Below, one piece after another: positions 55,101 to 64,000 of a stretch of DNA of 64,000 nucleotides (position 1 is the first letter of the stretch; each line of letters begins with the position of its first letter). Origin of the DNA: Macrostomum lignano. Taxonomy: Eukaryota. Below the pieces are notes generated by a model. It was not told where the DNA came from. It saw only the letters and a program-made list of their open reading frames with translations, and did no database searches. The stretch spans positions 496,001 to 560,000 of the forward strand of contig NIVC01000391.1 of the NCBI GenBank assembly GCA_002269645.1, read 5' to 3'. Made by a program: the position numbers and the translations under genes.

Positions 55101-58100
55101 AAACGGTCATTCGTGAGTGCCTTAACCACGCGGGCTACGGGGCGAGAGCCCTCAAGCCCTTCGCAGTATTGGCGCCACTTGGCCGTCTTGGCCCTTCTGA
55201 CTTGGCCTTAAACTCGTGGATCGCACGGGTATAGGCCTCTCTGTCAGATGGGTCTTTGGTTTTGAGCGCTCGCCTTTGGAGGGTCCTGGCTCGGCGCCGA
55301 AGGGCCCCGAGCTCTGGGTTCCACCAGGGAGCAGATTTCTTGCCTTTATAGGCTTTTAGAGGGCAGGCTGCTTCAAAGGCAGTGGTGATCGCCCCACTCA
55401 GGGAGGAGGCGAGATCATCCACCACCTGGCAGTCAGAGAGGTCACTGGGGGGTCAAGATCCCGAAGGCCGCGGCTCAGCTTCGAGCCAAAGGCGGCCCAA
55501 TCGGTGTTCCTGACGTTCCGACTCCAAGTGACCTTAGGCTTTTGCTTGGTCGGCCCAATGCAAAAGCGGATAAAGCGGTGGTCCGAGAGCGAGTCCTCGT
55601 CCCACACTCGCCAGCCCGTAACTGCGGAAAGCAGTCCGGGTGAGGCGATGGTGGTGTCGATGACTTCGGCCCACCGCCCATTATTGAACGTTGGTGCATT
55701 GCCCACGTTACAGAAATTGAGGTTAGTGCTGCTGACATAGGCCAGCAGCTCCTCGCCTCTGCTATTGATGTTCTTGCTGCCCCAATGCAGGTGGTGTGCG
55801 TTCACATCCCCTGCAATGAGCAGCTCGAACCGATGGGACGCAGCATAGTCAATAAGGTTGACTAACGCGTCGCAGACAACTGGGGCATCGCCCGGGAAAT
55901 AGGCAGATGCTACCAGCACAGGTTTATTGGGAATGAGGTTATTGATTTGAACAACACAGATGTCCCCAGACGAGAGATCAGGTCTCATCCATGCCTCAAA
56001 AGCTTTTGCAGCAAAGACCAGAGATCTTGGGCGAGGCTGAGAGCCCGCCATGCAAAAACAGTGGTAGCCAGATGGCACATTATTTGGCTTACCTTTAGTC
56101 ATCCAGGGCTCCTGTACGAAGACCAGGCCCGGAAGCTGTTGCTCTGCCGTGCGCATCAGGTTGACCGACGCCGCCACGCAGTGCTGGGTGTTGATCTGCA
56201 GACACCAGGTAGTCGCTGGCATCATTGCAGATCGGATGTTGCAGCCGCCAGGAGTTCCTCCTCCTCCTCGGCGCTCACCGGCTTCGGGTCGGGGTCGCCG
56301 GTGTCCATGGGCTCTTCTTCAGCAAAAGGCCCCCGATTGACCGGAAGGCAGTAGGCAGCGTTCGCCGCCCTTTGCCCACCATCCATGGGGTCCTCCGCCT
56401 CAGATTGGCCCAATGCCCTGGAGCAGCCAGCCGCCTGGGCAGGCGGGTCCGTCTCCAGTCGGCCCTGCCCCGAGGGGTTAGGCCCAGCTGGGACGTCCCC
56501 ACCCTCCCTGGACGAGCTGGTGCGCCTAGGCGTCCCGGCGACCTCTCGCCTCAGCTGGGTGATTTTGGCGGTACGGACTGCCTCAGCTGCACGCTGGTAC
56601 AGGCCGCGCCGCTTGGTGCTGCGCGCCGGGCGTCGGTCGCCTCCGCCCTCAGCAGCGCGCTCAGCTTTGCCCGCGCGGCCGTGCTGCCGGGCAGGGCGGT
56701 TTGCTTTGGCAGTCTGAGCAGAGGCTTGCGCCTCGGCCCCGGCCGCCTCCGCATCCCGCCCGCCCTGCTCACTGCCACGGGGAGGGTCGGCCTCGTAGGA
56801 GCGGATGCGCAGCTTCCAAAGGCCGACGTTGATGAAGCTGCCGTGTGGATAGCGCCTCATCCAGGCGTCCGACAGCCCCAGGATGGCTGTGAAGCCAGTG
56901 CCGTCGGTGCGCTTAAGGGTGTCATGCACCACTAGGCCCGCGGCGGGAAGCTCTCGGTTGACTGCTAGCAGTACTTTCCGGAGCTCGTCAGCAGAGGTAA
57001 CAACGCTCCTGGCCGGGACCCAGATTCGATGCCTCTTGGTCCGTGGGCGCTCGTCCTCTCTGCAGAAGGCTAGGTTGAGGTCCCAGCTCTGCTCGGGCAG
57101 CAGCTCAAGGAGCCGCCGACCCGAGTCAGCATCACTGGGCCAAATGAGAAGGCACGAGTCCCTCGTCGCATTCGAATGAATGTTCAGAGGCGTGCCCTTC
57201 AGAGTAAGCTTCCACAGGAGGCCATCAACGGCACTTCTCACCTGCTTCAGCTGATCGGGAGACAGGCGCGCGTCCTTTCCCAGGATGACAACCGCCGGTT
57301 GCCTCTTTGCCGCATCAGCGTAGGAGGCCCGGGGGTCAGTGGAGCTTTCTTCAGGTGGGCTGTCCACCCTCCCGGCTGCATCGGCCTCCCTATCCTGGGC
57401 AGGGGCTTCCGTGGGCTCGAGGCCCTCTTCCGCCACCGCCCCAGACTGGGAAGCTTCCGCTGCCGCGGGCCGTTGGCCCCTGGCACCGGTTTGGCTTCCG
57501 CCCTCCTTGGCCCGCCTCGCCTTGTTAAGTCGACGGCGGGCAGCTCCAGAGGTGGTGCTGCGTTGCTTAGCAGCTTGAGTAGCAGGTGTCTTCTCGGAGG
57601 CACCGCTCAGAGTTGGCTCCACGGGTCTCGCCGAAGCGTCCCCGATGGTAGCAGGTGGTATGGCCGAGGAGCCCACGGCCCCAGCCGAGGCCGGAGGCAC
57701 TGTGTCATCCACAGCCGGTTTGTTACTTCGGTTAGAAGCCATTGGCTGGAAATAAAAAGGTGGGACTTCCTGTAGAACACAGGCAAAGAGCCGCAAGGCC
57801 GCAACCCCAAACCAAGCGGCAGGCCCCCAAAAAGCAAAATACCACCCTGCGGGGGGACCCAAAAGCGCAAGGGGAACCGTTAGCGACCAGACTACTCCCT
57901 GGCCAAGCGTCCATCAGCACGGAGTTACACTGGGACATTAGAGGGTGCGTTTATGGTCACACCAGGACCCGGCGCCAACGAATCAGCTCGGCAGGGCCCA
58001 AGGGGGCCTGCCTTAACACCCACGGGACGAGTACCCTTCGAAGTGCGCCTTGCAAGGTGAAAATCAGGAGACAGAGTCTCTTGAGCTATCAGCCCGCCAG

Positions 58101-59275
58101 GGGAGGCAGGTGTGAGCATCGCTGGCTGGGATAAAGGCCATACCAGTCTCATACTGCACAGATAGTTCACCACGCCATTACGTGCAGGACCCGGGGTCCT
58201 GGGGGCAACAGCCCCGGCCATGATGCTACCAAGAGTGACACAATGCTACCAAGAGTGACATGATGCTACCAAGAGTGACACAATGCTACCAAAAGTAACA
58301 TGATGCTACCAAGAGTGACATGATTGTACCAAGAGTGACATGATGCTACCAAGAGTGACATGATGCTACCAAGAGTGACATGATGCTACCAAGAGTGACA
58401 TGATGCTACCAAGAGTGACATGATGCTACCAAGAGTGACATTGTTCCTCATCAATTCCAGCAGCTCCAGCCGGCTGCGGTCGCCCCGACACTCAGCCGGA
58501 CATCCGCGGGGCCGCCGCTCCCAACGTCATCGCCGAGGCGGCGCCGCACAGCTGGCCCTGGGTGGCGTCGTTGCAACTGCGCGGCCATCACAGGTGCAGC
58601 GGCACCATCCTCAGCTCCGACTGGGTGCTCACCTCGGCCAGGTGCGCCGATCTCAGCCCGACGCCGGCAGACTGGCGAGTCGATGCCGGCCGGCACTGCC
58701 GCGACTGCCCGCCGGAGCAGGGCGAAGCCGGCTCGCTGCTGCAGCGGCGCCGAGTGGCGAGGATCGCCCGCCACCCCGGCTACAACTCCAGCAGCGGCCG
58801 CGGCGACCTCGCCCTGCTGCGACTCGGCTGGCCGCTGGAGTTCGGCGGCTCGCGCGTGGCCCCGGCCTGCCTGTCGGCAGGCAGCGTCGATGCCGACGCC
58901 CAGCTGGACGGCGCCGCCTGCTTCGCCACCGCCTGGGGCGACCTCAGCAGCAGCGGCGTCGGCGACTCGCCACGACTGCAGCAGGTGCTGCTGCCGATCG
59001 TGCCGAACTGGCTTTGCAGCGACCAGCTTCAACACGGCGACGTCGTCACGGACGCTTCGATATGCGCCGGCTGGGGCCAGGCGGGCAGTCCGCGGTGCCA
59101 GGGAGACGGCGGCCAGCCGCTGGTCTGCTGGCGCCCGGCCCTGCGGCTCTGGCAGCTGCTGGGAGTCAACAGCTGGACTGACCTGTGCGCCAGGTCCCCC
59201 AGGCCAGGCCTGTTCACCAGGGTGTCCGCGCACCTGGACTGGATCCGGCGGGTCCAGGCCGGGGAAGAGGCCTGA
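52118..59275 (+). CDS. Secreted trypsin-fold serine protease homolog, catalytically dead
   Basis: Exon 1 52118-52217 (signal peptide MSKIFCKEAVLLLALHLVSGLVLA), exon 2 58461-59275, phase 1. EAAPHSWPWVASLQ; TSARC (His to Arg); GDLALL; CQGDGGQP (Ser to Gly). Confidence 0.85.
52523..56225 (-). CDS. LINE ORF2: AP endonuclease, RT, RNase H, CCHC; two 1-bp deletions (about 55450 and 55200)
   Basis: LQINTQH, VQEPW, GDVNAHH..WGS, SDHRFI; KAPGPDGI, FRPISLT, FLDIEGAFD, PQGGVLTP.LW, YADDV; YTDGS, SDSQAAL, WIPGH.G..GNERADLLA; CPFC...ENAEHFICHC. Confidence 0.95.
56222..57742 (-). CDS. LINE ORF1 (low-complexity ends, central globular domain resembling DUF4780 of LOA-clade ORF1s)
   Basis: ATG 57742 MASNRSNK; central RPRTKRHRIWVP...LLAVNRELP...VGLWKLRIRSY. 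DUF4780 resemblance is from memory only. Confidence 0.75.
   Translation of the reverse strand: MASNRSNKPAVDDTVPPASAGAVGSSAIPPATIGDASARPVEPTLSGASEKTPATQAAKQRSTTSGAARRRLNKARRAKEGGSQTGARGQRPAAAEASQSGAVAEEGLEPTEAPAQDREADAAGRVDSPPEESSTDPRASYADAAKRQPAVVILGKDARLSPDQLKQVRSAVDGLLWKLTLKGTPLNIHSNATRDSCLLIWPSDADSGRRLLELLPEQSWDLNLAFCREDERPRTKRHRIWVPARSVVTSADELRKVLLAVNRELPAAGLVVHDTLKRTDGTGFTAILGLSDAWMRRYPHGSFINVGLWKLRIRSYEADPPRGSEQGGRDAEAAGAEAQASAQTAKANRPARQHGRAGKAERAAEGGGDRRPARSTKRRGLYQRAAEAVRTAKITQLRREVAGTPRRTSSSREGGDVPAGPNPSGQGRLETDPPAQAAGCSRALGQSEAEDPMDGGQRAANAAYCLPVNRGPFAEEEPMDTGDPDPKPVSAEEEEELLAAATSDLQ
58219..58441. repeat. 20-bp minisatellite (CATGATGCTACCAAGAGTGA), right half; left half at about 52292-52407
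   Basis: Same unit on both sides of the LINE. Confidence 0.95.
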
Positions 59276-59379
59276 GCTCTGATGAGAGTACAGCTGGAAC
59301 TCTTGGCTGTCTGGGGCGCCACCATGAATCACAGGGGGAGTCACTGAAGGGGATTTATCAGTGAAATCAATAGTGGCGC

Positions 59380-59992
59380 CAAAATGATTCTCTAGAGGCG
59401 CCAAAATGAGTCCCTAGAGGCGCCAAAATGAATTTCTAGGGACGCCAAACTGAATCTCTAGGGGCTCCAAACAGAATCTCTAGAGGCGCCAAAATAAATC
59501 TCTGGGGGCGCAAAATAAATCTCTGGGGCGCCAGAATAAGTCTCTAGGGGCGCCAAACTGAATCTCTAGTGGCGCCAAAATAAATCTTTGGGGCGTAAAA
59601 AAATCTCTGGGGCGCCAAAAAAATCTCTAGAGGCGCGAAACTGAATCTCTAGAGGCGCCAAACTGAATCTCTAGGGGCGCGAAACTGAATCTCTAGAGGC
59701 GCGAAACTGAATCTCTAGGGGCGCCAAACTGAATCTCTAGGGGCGCCAAACTGAATCTCTAGAGGCGCCAAACTGAATCTCTAGAGGCGCCAAACTGAAT
59801 CTCTAGGGGCGCCAAACTGAATCTCTAGGGGCGCCAAACTGAATCTCTAGAGGCGCCAAACTGAATCTCTAGGGGCGCCAAACTGAATCTCTAGAGGCGC
59901 CAATGATTCTCCAGGGGCGCCAAAATGAATCTCTAGAGGCGCTAAAATGAATCTCTAGAGGCGCTAAAATGAATCTCTAGGGGCGCCAAAAA
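59380..59992. repeat. 22-bp minisatellite (GGCGCCAAACTGAATCTCTAGA)
   Basis: Direct reading. Confidence 0.93.
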
Positions 59993-60264
59993 ATCTCTAT
60001 TGATATCGTGGCACCTGCAGGCGGTTCTATCCTGCTCAGTAAATCTGACGCAAAACACGACGCAAAATTCAGTTTTAATTGGCTCTGAGAGCCCTCTGTG
60101 CGCTCATTATATAACGTAATTATTAATTGACTGCATAATTGCTCTGACTTGGTGCCAGGTAATTTGCGAGGCTGCTGACTCAACAACATTTTTAATGCTA
60201 AAGCTGTGAATTCAGCAGATTTTCAAACTTTGAGCAATTTATTTTGCCAGTTCTTGAGCAAGCG

Positions 60265-61633
60265 ATGCGGCTGAGTAAGTTTCTGCTATTCTGCTTTGCT
60301 GTAGCAGCAACTGTAGGACTGCTGCTTCAGCTGCTGGGCCGCCAGCATGCCGCCGTGCTGATAAGACCAAAGGCAAAAGTCATGCCAGGTAAGATGGTGA
60401 TATGGGATGAGTTGATATAGAATAGATTTGGAATGTATAGAGAGTAGGAAGAAAATATGAGAGAATAGGAAGAGAGATATGAGAGTGGGCAGGGAGATAT
60501 GAGAGTGGGCAGGGAGATATGAGAGTGGGCAGGGAGATATGAGAGTGGGCAGGGAGATATGAGAGTGAGCAGGGAGATATGAGAGTGGGCAGGGAGATAT
60601 GAAAGTGGGCAGGGAGATATGAAAGTGGGCAGGGAGATATGAGAGTGAGCAGGGAGATATGAGAGTGGGCAGGGAGATATGAGAGTGGGCAGGGAGATAT
60701 GAGAGTGGGCAGGGAGATATGAGTTAGTATAGGAAAAGCCAAATAGAAGATGACGTGAAATGCGATGAGTAGAGGCGGGCAGAACATGCATGCAGCCAGT
60801 TAGATAAGTTTCCCATCTTCATATTCCCATTAAAACCCCCAAAATCTGAAGAATCCGATTCCGCAGCGGCAAAGGCGGATCTGGCGGTCACGGACTCGAC
60901 TCCCTCATTGCCCAAGCGCAGCAGAGAGGCGGCGCCGCACAGCTGGCCCTGGATGGCGTCGCTAAGGGACTCCAGCGACCGACACCACTGCGGAGGCTCC
61001 GTCATCACCGAGCGCTGGGTGCTGACCGCGGCGCACTGCTTCAACGAGTCGGAGGACCCAACCATGTGGTCCGTCGACGCCGGGCGCCACTGCCACAACT
61101 GCTCGGAGCCGGCGGTGCAGCGGCGCGCGCTGGCCGAGGTGGTCATTCACCCCGCCTACAATGCCAGCACCCTCGAGGCCGACCTCGCCCTGCTGCTGCT
61201 GGAGTCGCCGCTGGATTTCAGCGGCTCGGCGGTGGCGCTGGCGACTTTGGCAGCCTCGGCCGCTCCGGAGGACTCCGTCTGCATCGTCACCGGCTGGGGA
61301 CTGCCGCGAATGGACGCAGCGGAGGCTGAGCAGCCGATCAACCTACAGGAGGTGGCGGTGCCCATCGTGCCGGCCTCCGTGTGCAGCGACGAGGATCACT
61401 ATGGCGACGCTGTGGACGCCGGCAGCGTGCTGTGCGCCGGCTACGAGCTGGGCGGCGGCGACGCCTGCAAGGGCTACTCGGGCGGCCCGCTGGTCTGCCG
61501 CGACGGCGGCGCCTCCTGGCTGCTGCACGGCGTCACCAGCTGGGGCGACGGCTGCGCCTTGCCGCGCAAGCCGACGGTGTACATCCGGGTCGAGGCCTTC
61601 ATTGACTGGATTCGGCAGACTGTGTCCGGCTGA
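60265..61633 (+). CDS. Trypsin-fold serine protease with intact His/Asp/Ser triad but atypical activation region
   Basis: Exon 1 60265-60388 (hydrophobic N-terminus), exon 2 from about 60867 to 61633, phase 1. VLTAAHC, ADLALL, GDACKGYSGGP, SWGDGC. Confidence 0.88.
60470..60722. repeat. Intronic 20-bp minisatellite (GAGAGTGGGCAGGGAGATAT)
   Basis: Direct reading. Confidence 0.95.
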
Positions 61634-61679
61634 ACCCCTGGACTGGAGTCCTTTGACCCCGACAGGCAGATGACTGTTG

Positions 61680-61781
61680 GTTGACTGATTGATTGATTGA
61701 CTGGTTGATTGATTGATTGATTGAATAATAGATTGACTGATTGATTGATTGATTGATTGATTGATTAAATAATAGATTGAC

Positions 61782-61815
<34 letters not shown>

Positions 61816-61825
61816 ATAGATTAAC

Positions 61826-61907
<82 letters not shown>

Positions 61908-61917
61908 ATAGATTAAC

Positions 61918-61971
<54 letters not shown>

Positions 61972-61981
61972 ATAGATTGAC

Positions 61982-62022
<41 letters not shown>

Positions 62023-62037
62023 AATAGATTGAGTAAC

Positions 62038-62091
<54 letters not shown>

Positions 62092-62101
62092 ATAGATTGA
62101 C

Positions 62102-62139
<38 letters not shown>

Positions 62140-62149
62140 ATAGATTAAC

Positions 62150-62186
<37 letters not shown>

Positions 62187-62201
62187 AATAGATTGAGTAA
62201 C

Positions 62202-62255
<54 letters not shown>

Positions 62256-62265
62256 ATAGATTGAC

Positions 62266-62311
<46 letters not shown>

Positions 62312-62329
62312 ATAGATTGACTGATTGAC

Positions 62330-62424
<95 letters not shown>

Positions 62425-62425
62425 C

Positions 62426-62486
<61 letters not shown>

Positions 62487-62570
62487 AATAGATTGAGTAA
62501 TTGATTGATTGATTGGTTGATTAATCGATTAATTTATTGAATTGATTGATTAATTGATTGATTGATTTAT
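61680..62570. repeat. (GATT)n microsatellite with periodic AATAATA interruptions
   Basis: Direct reading. Confidence 0.97.
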
Positions 62571-63184
62571 TAATTGATGGAATGTGATTGAATAATTGAT
62601 TAATAAATTGATTTCTTGATTGCTAAATTAATTCAATATACAATAAATGAGATACTTGCGTAAATTGATGAATAATAAACCATTCGAACAATTTTAGGTT
62701 CACAAATATTTGAACTAAAAAAACAAAATTTCGAAAAACTACAAAATATGAAAGATAAACCGCTCAATGTGCTCCATGTGTATTATACAGACTTCATAGG
62801 CATAAATAAATATAGACTCGTAGTAGACGGAAAAAGTGGTAGCGTGCCAGCAATAACGGTGAGCTGCATATGCGGTGAAGCAAAGTCTGCATACAGACTG
62901 GCACTGATATGCAGCTGAGTGCAGAGAGTGCATCGATATAGCTCGTAGCTAACTAGCGATTGCTTTGAGCAGTGACTGCTCAAAAATAAAAAGAAATATA
63001 CGGAACCCAGATAGCAGGAGCTCGAGAAAAAATTAATATTTGCTTAAGCTTTAGTGAACACTCCAGTGTCAGATCAGCAGTCCCATACACAGTGTGACAT
63101 GTCAGAATGAATAAGCCGATGCGTATGAGACAGAGAGTGAGTGAGTCATATAGTCGTAGAAGTGATCATAAAGTTGAGTTGTAA

Positions 63185-63650
63185 AAAGAGTCATACAGTG
63201 GAGTCATACAGTGGAGTCATCTAATGGGACATATAGTGGGTCATAGAGTTGGTCATAGAGTGGGCCTTAGAGTGGAGTCATAGAGTGGGTCATAGAGAGG
63301 AGTCATACATGTACAGAGGGTCATAGAGTGGGTCATAGAGAGGAGTCATACACATACAGTGGGTCATAGAGTGGGTCATAGAGAGGGTTACAGAGTGGGT
63401 CATACAGTGTAGTCATACATTGAAGTCACAGAGTGGGTGATAAAGTGGGTCATAAAGTGGAGTCATAGAGTGGAGTCATCTAATGGGTCATAGAGTGGGT
63501 CATAGAGTGGGCCATAGAGTGGAGTCATAGAATGGGTCATAGAGAGGAGTCATACATGTAGAGTGGGTCGTAGAGTAGGTCATAGAGACGGTTACAGAGT
63601 GGGTCATACAGTGGAGTCCCAGAGTGGGTAATAAAGTGAGGTCAGAGTTA
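63185..63650. repeat. About 12-bp degenerate repeat (GAGTGGGTCATA)
   Basis: Direct reading. Confidence 0.85.
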
Positions 63651-63676
63651 CAAATGAAGAGCAAATGTACTTTAAA

Positions 63677-64000
63677 TCAATGCCGACTCCTCGGACAGGC
63701 CGGCGGGTTCATCTTGGCGAAGACGTTCGTCTCGAACAGGATTGACACAGTGATGAAGACGCAGTAGAGCAGCAGGCAGACCAGGCCCAGCCTCCGGTCC
63801 AGCCTCATCTTGTTAAAGTAAACGGACAGGAACAGGAACAGCACTGTGGACAGAAGCGTCACAGCCGAGTAGGTGAGCCCGGCCGAGTTGATCTTCACGT
63901 AGCTGCCGGGGCTCTTCAAGCCGGTGCTGACCAGCCAGGGCAGGCCGAGCCCCATCAGGATGTCGAACACGTTGCTGCCCACGCTGTTCGAGACGGCCAT
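63677..64000 (-). CDS. SLC24A: C-terminal exon of a K+-dependent Na+/Ca2+ exchanger (NCKX), truncated by the window edge
   Basis: Alpha-2 repeat MAVSNSVGSNVFDILMGLGLPW followed by terminal TM helices (LDRRLG..CLLLY.VF). Confidence 0.9.
   Translation of the reverse strand: MAVSNSVGSNVFDILMGLGLPWLVSTGLKSPGSYVKINSAGLTYSAVTLLSTVLFLFLSVYFNKMRLDRRLGLVCLLLYCVFITVSILFETNVFAKMNPPACPRSRH

Larger units (their letters stand above)
52408..58218 (-). mobile_element. Full-length non-LTR retrotransposon (LOA/R1-type, APE-RT-RNaseH) inserted in an intronic 20-bp minisatellite
   Basis: 12-bp direct repeat CATGATGCTACC at 52396-52407 and 58219-58230; 3' tail ...CTAAGTCAAGTAAGTCAA; ORF1 and ORF2; about 480-nt 5' UTR. 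Confidence 0.93.

Noticed and set aside
58451-59404. 317-aa antisense ORF over the protease homolog, and similar antisense ORFs over GC-rich exons and the LINE
   Set aside because: Expected shadow ORFs of high-GC coding sequence

Overview
Eukaryotic (invertebrate) genomic DNA. GC-rich exons sit among AT-rich or minisatellite-filled introns, a style that suggests a flatworm such as Macrostomum; this is inference only. Host genes (+ strand unless noted): an 8-exon secreted protein with 5 CUB domains, a 7-aa S/T/P/E stalk and a Cys-heptad tail (3014-8837); a CUB-less paralog of it (15211-16619); a secreted fibrinogen-related protein (11358-12610); a typical 2-Cys peroxiredoxin; a Q/P/E-repeat protein with a RHIM-like C-terminus; a long CCDC17-like gene (38647-51426); two tandem atypical trypsin-fold proteins; and the 3' end of an SLC24/NCKX exchanger (- strand). 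Mobile DNA: a Tc1/mariner deletion derivative, a hAT MITE with an 8-bp TSD, a full-length Ngaro-type tyrosine-recombinase retrotransposon with split direct repeats, a full-length LOA/R1-type LINE with a 12-bp TSD, a decayed relative of that LINE, and SINE fragments. Most interesting observations: (i) an in-frame splice that would fuse the SAP/coiled-coil N-terminus of the Ngaro gag to its ATG-less recombinase; (ii) minisatellites that amplify a start codon (x6) and a splice donor (x7) in frame in one gene; (iii) a secreted family with a conserved (LxxC-xxx)4 zipper and a removable CUB block; (iv) a different minisatellite in every intron I could delimit in the CCDC17-like gene. Several 1-bp indels fall in short base runs and may be assembly errors. 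All gene models were built by eye and no database searches were run.
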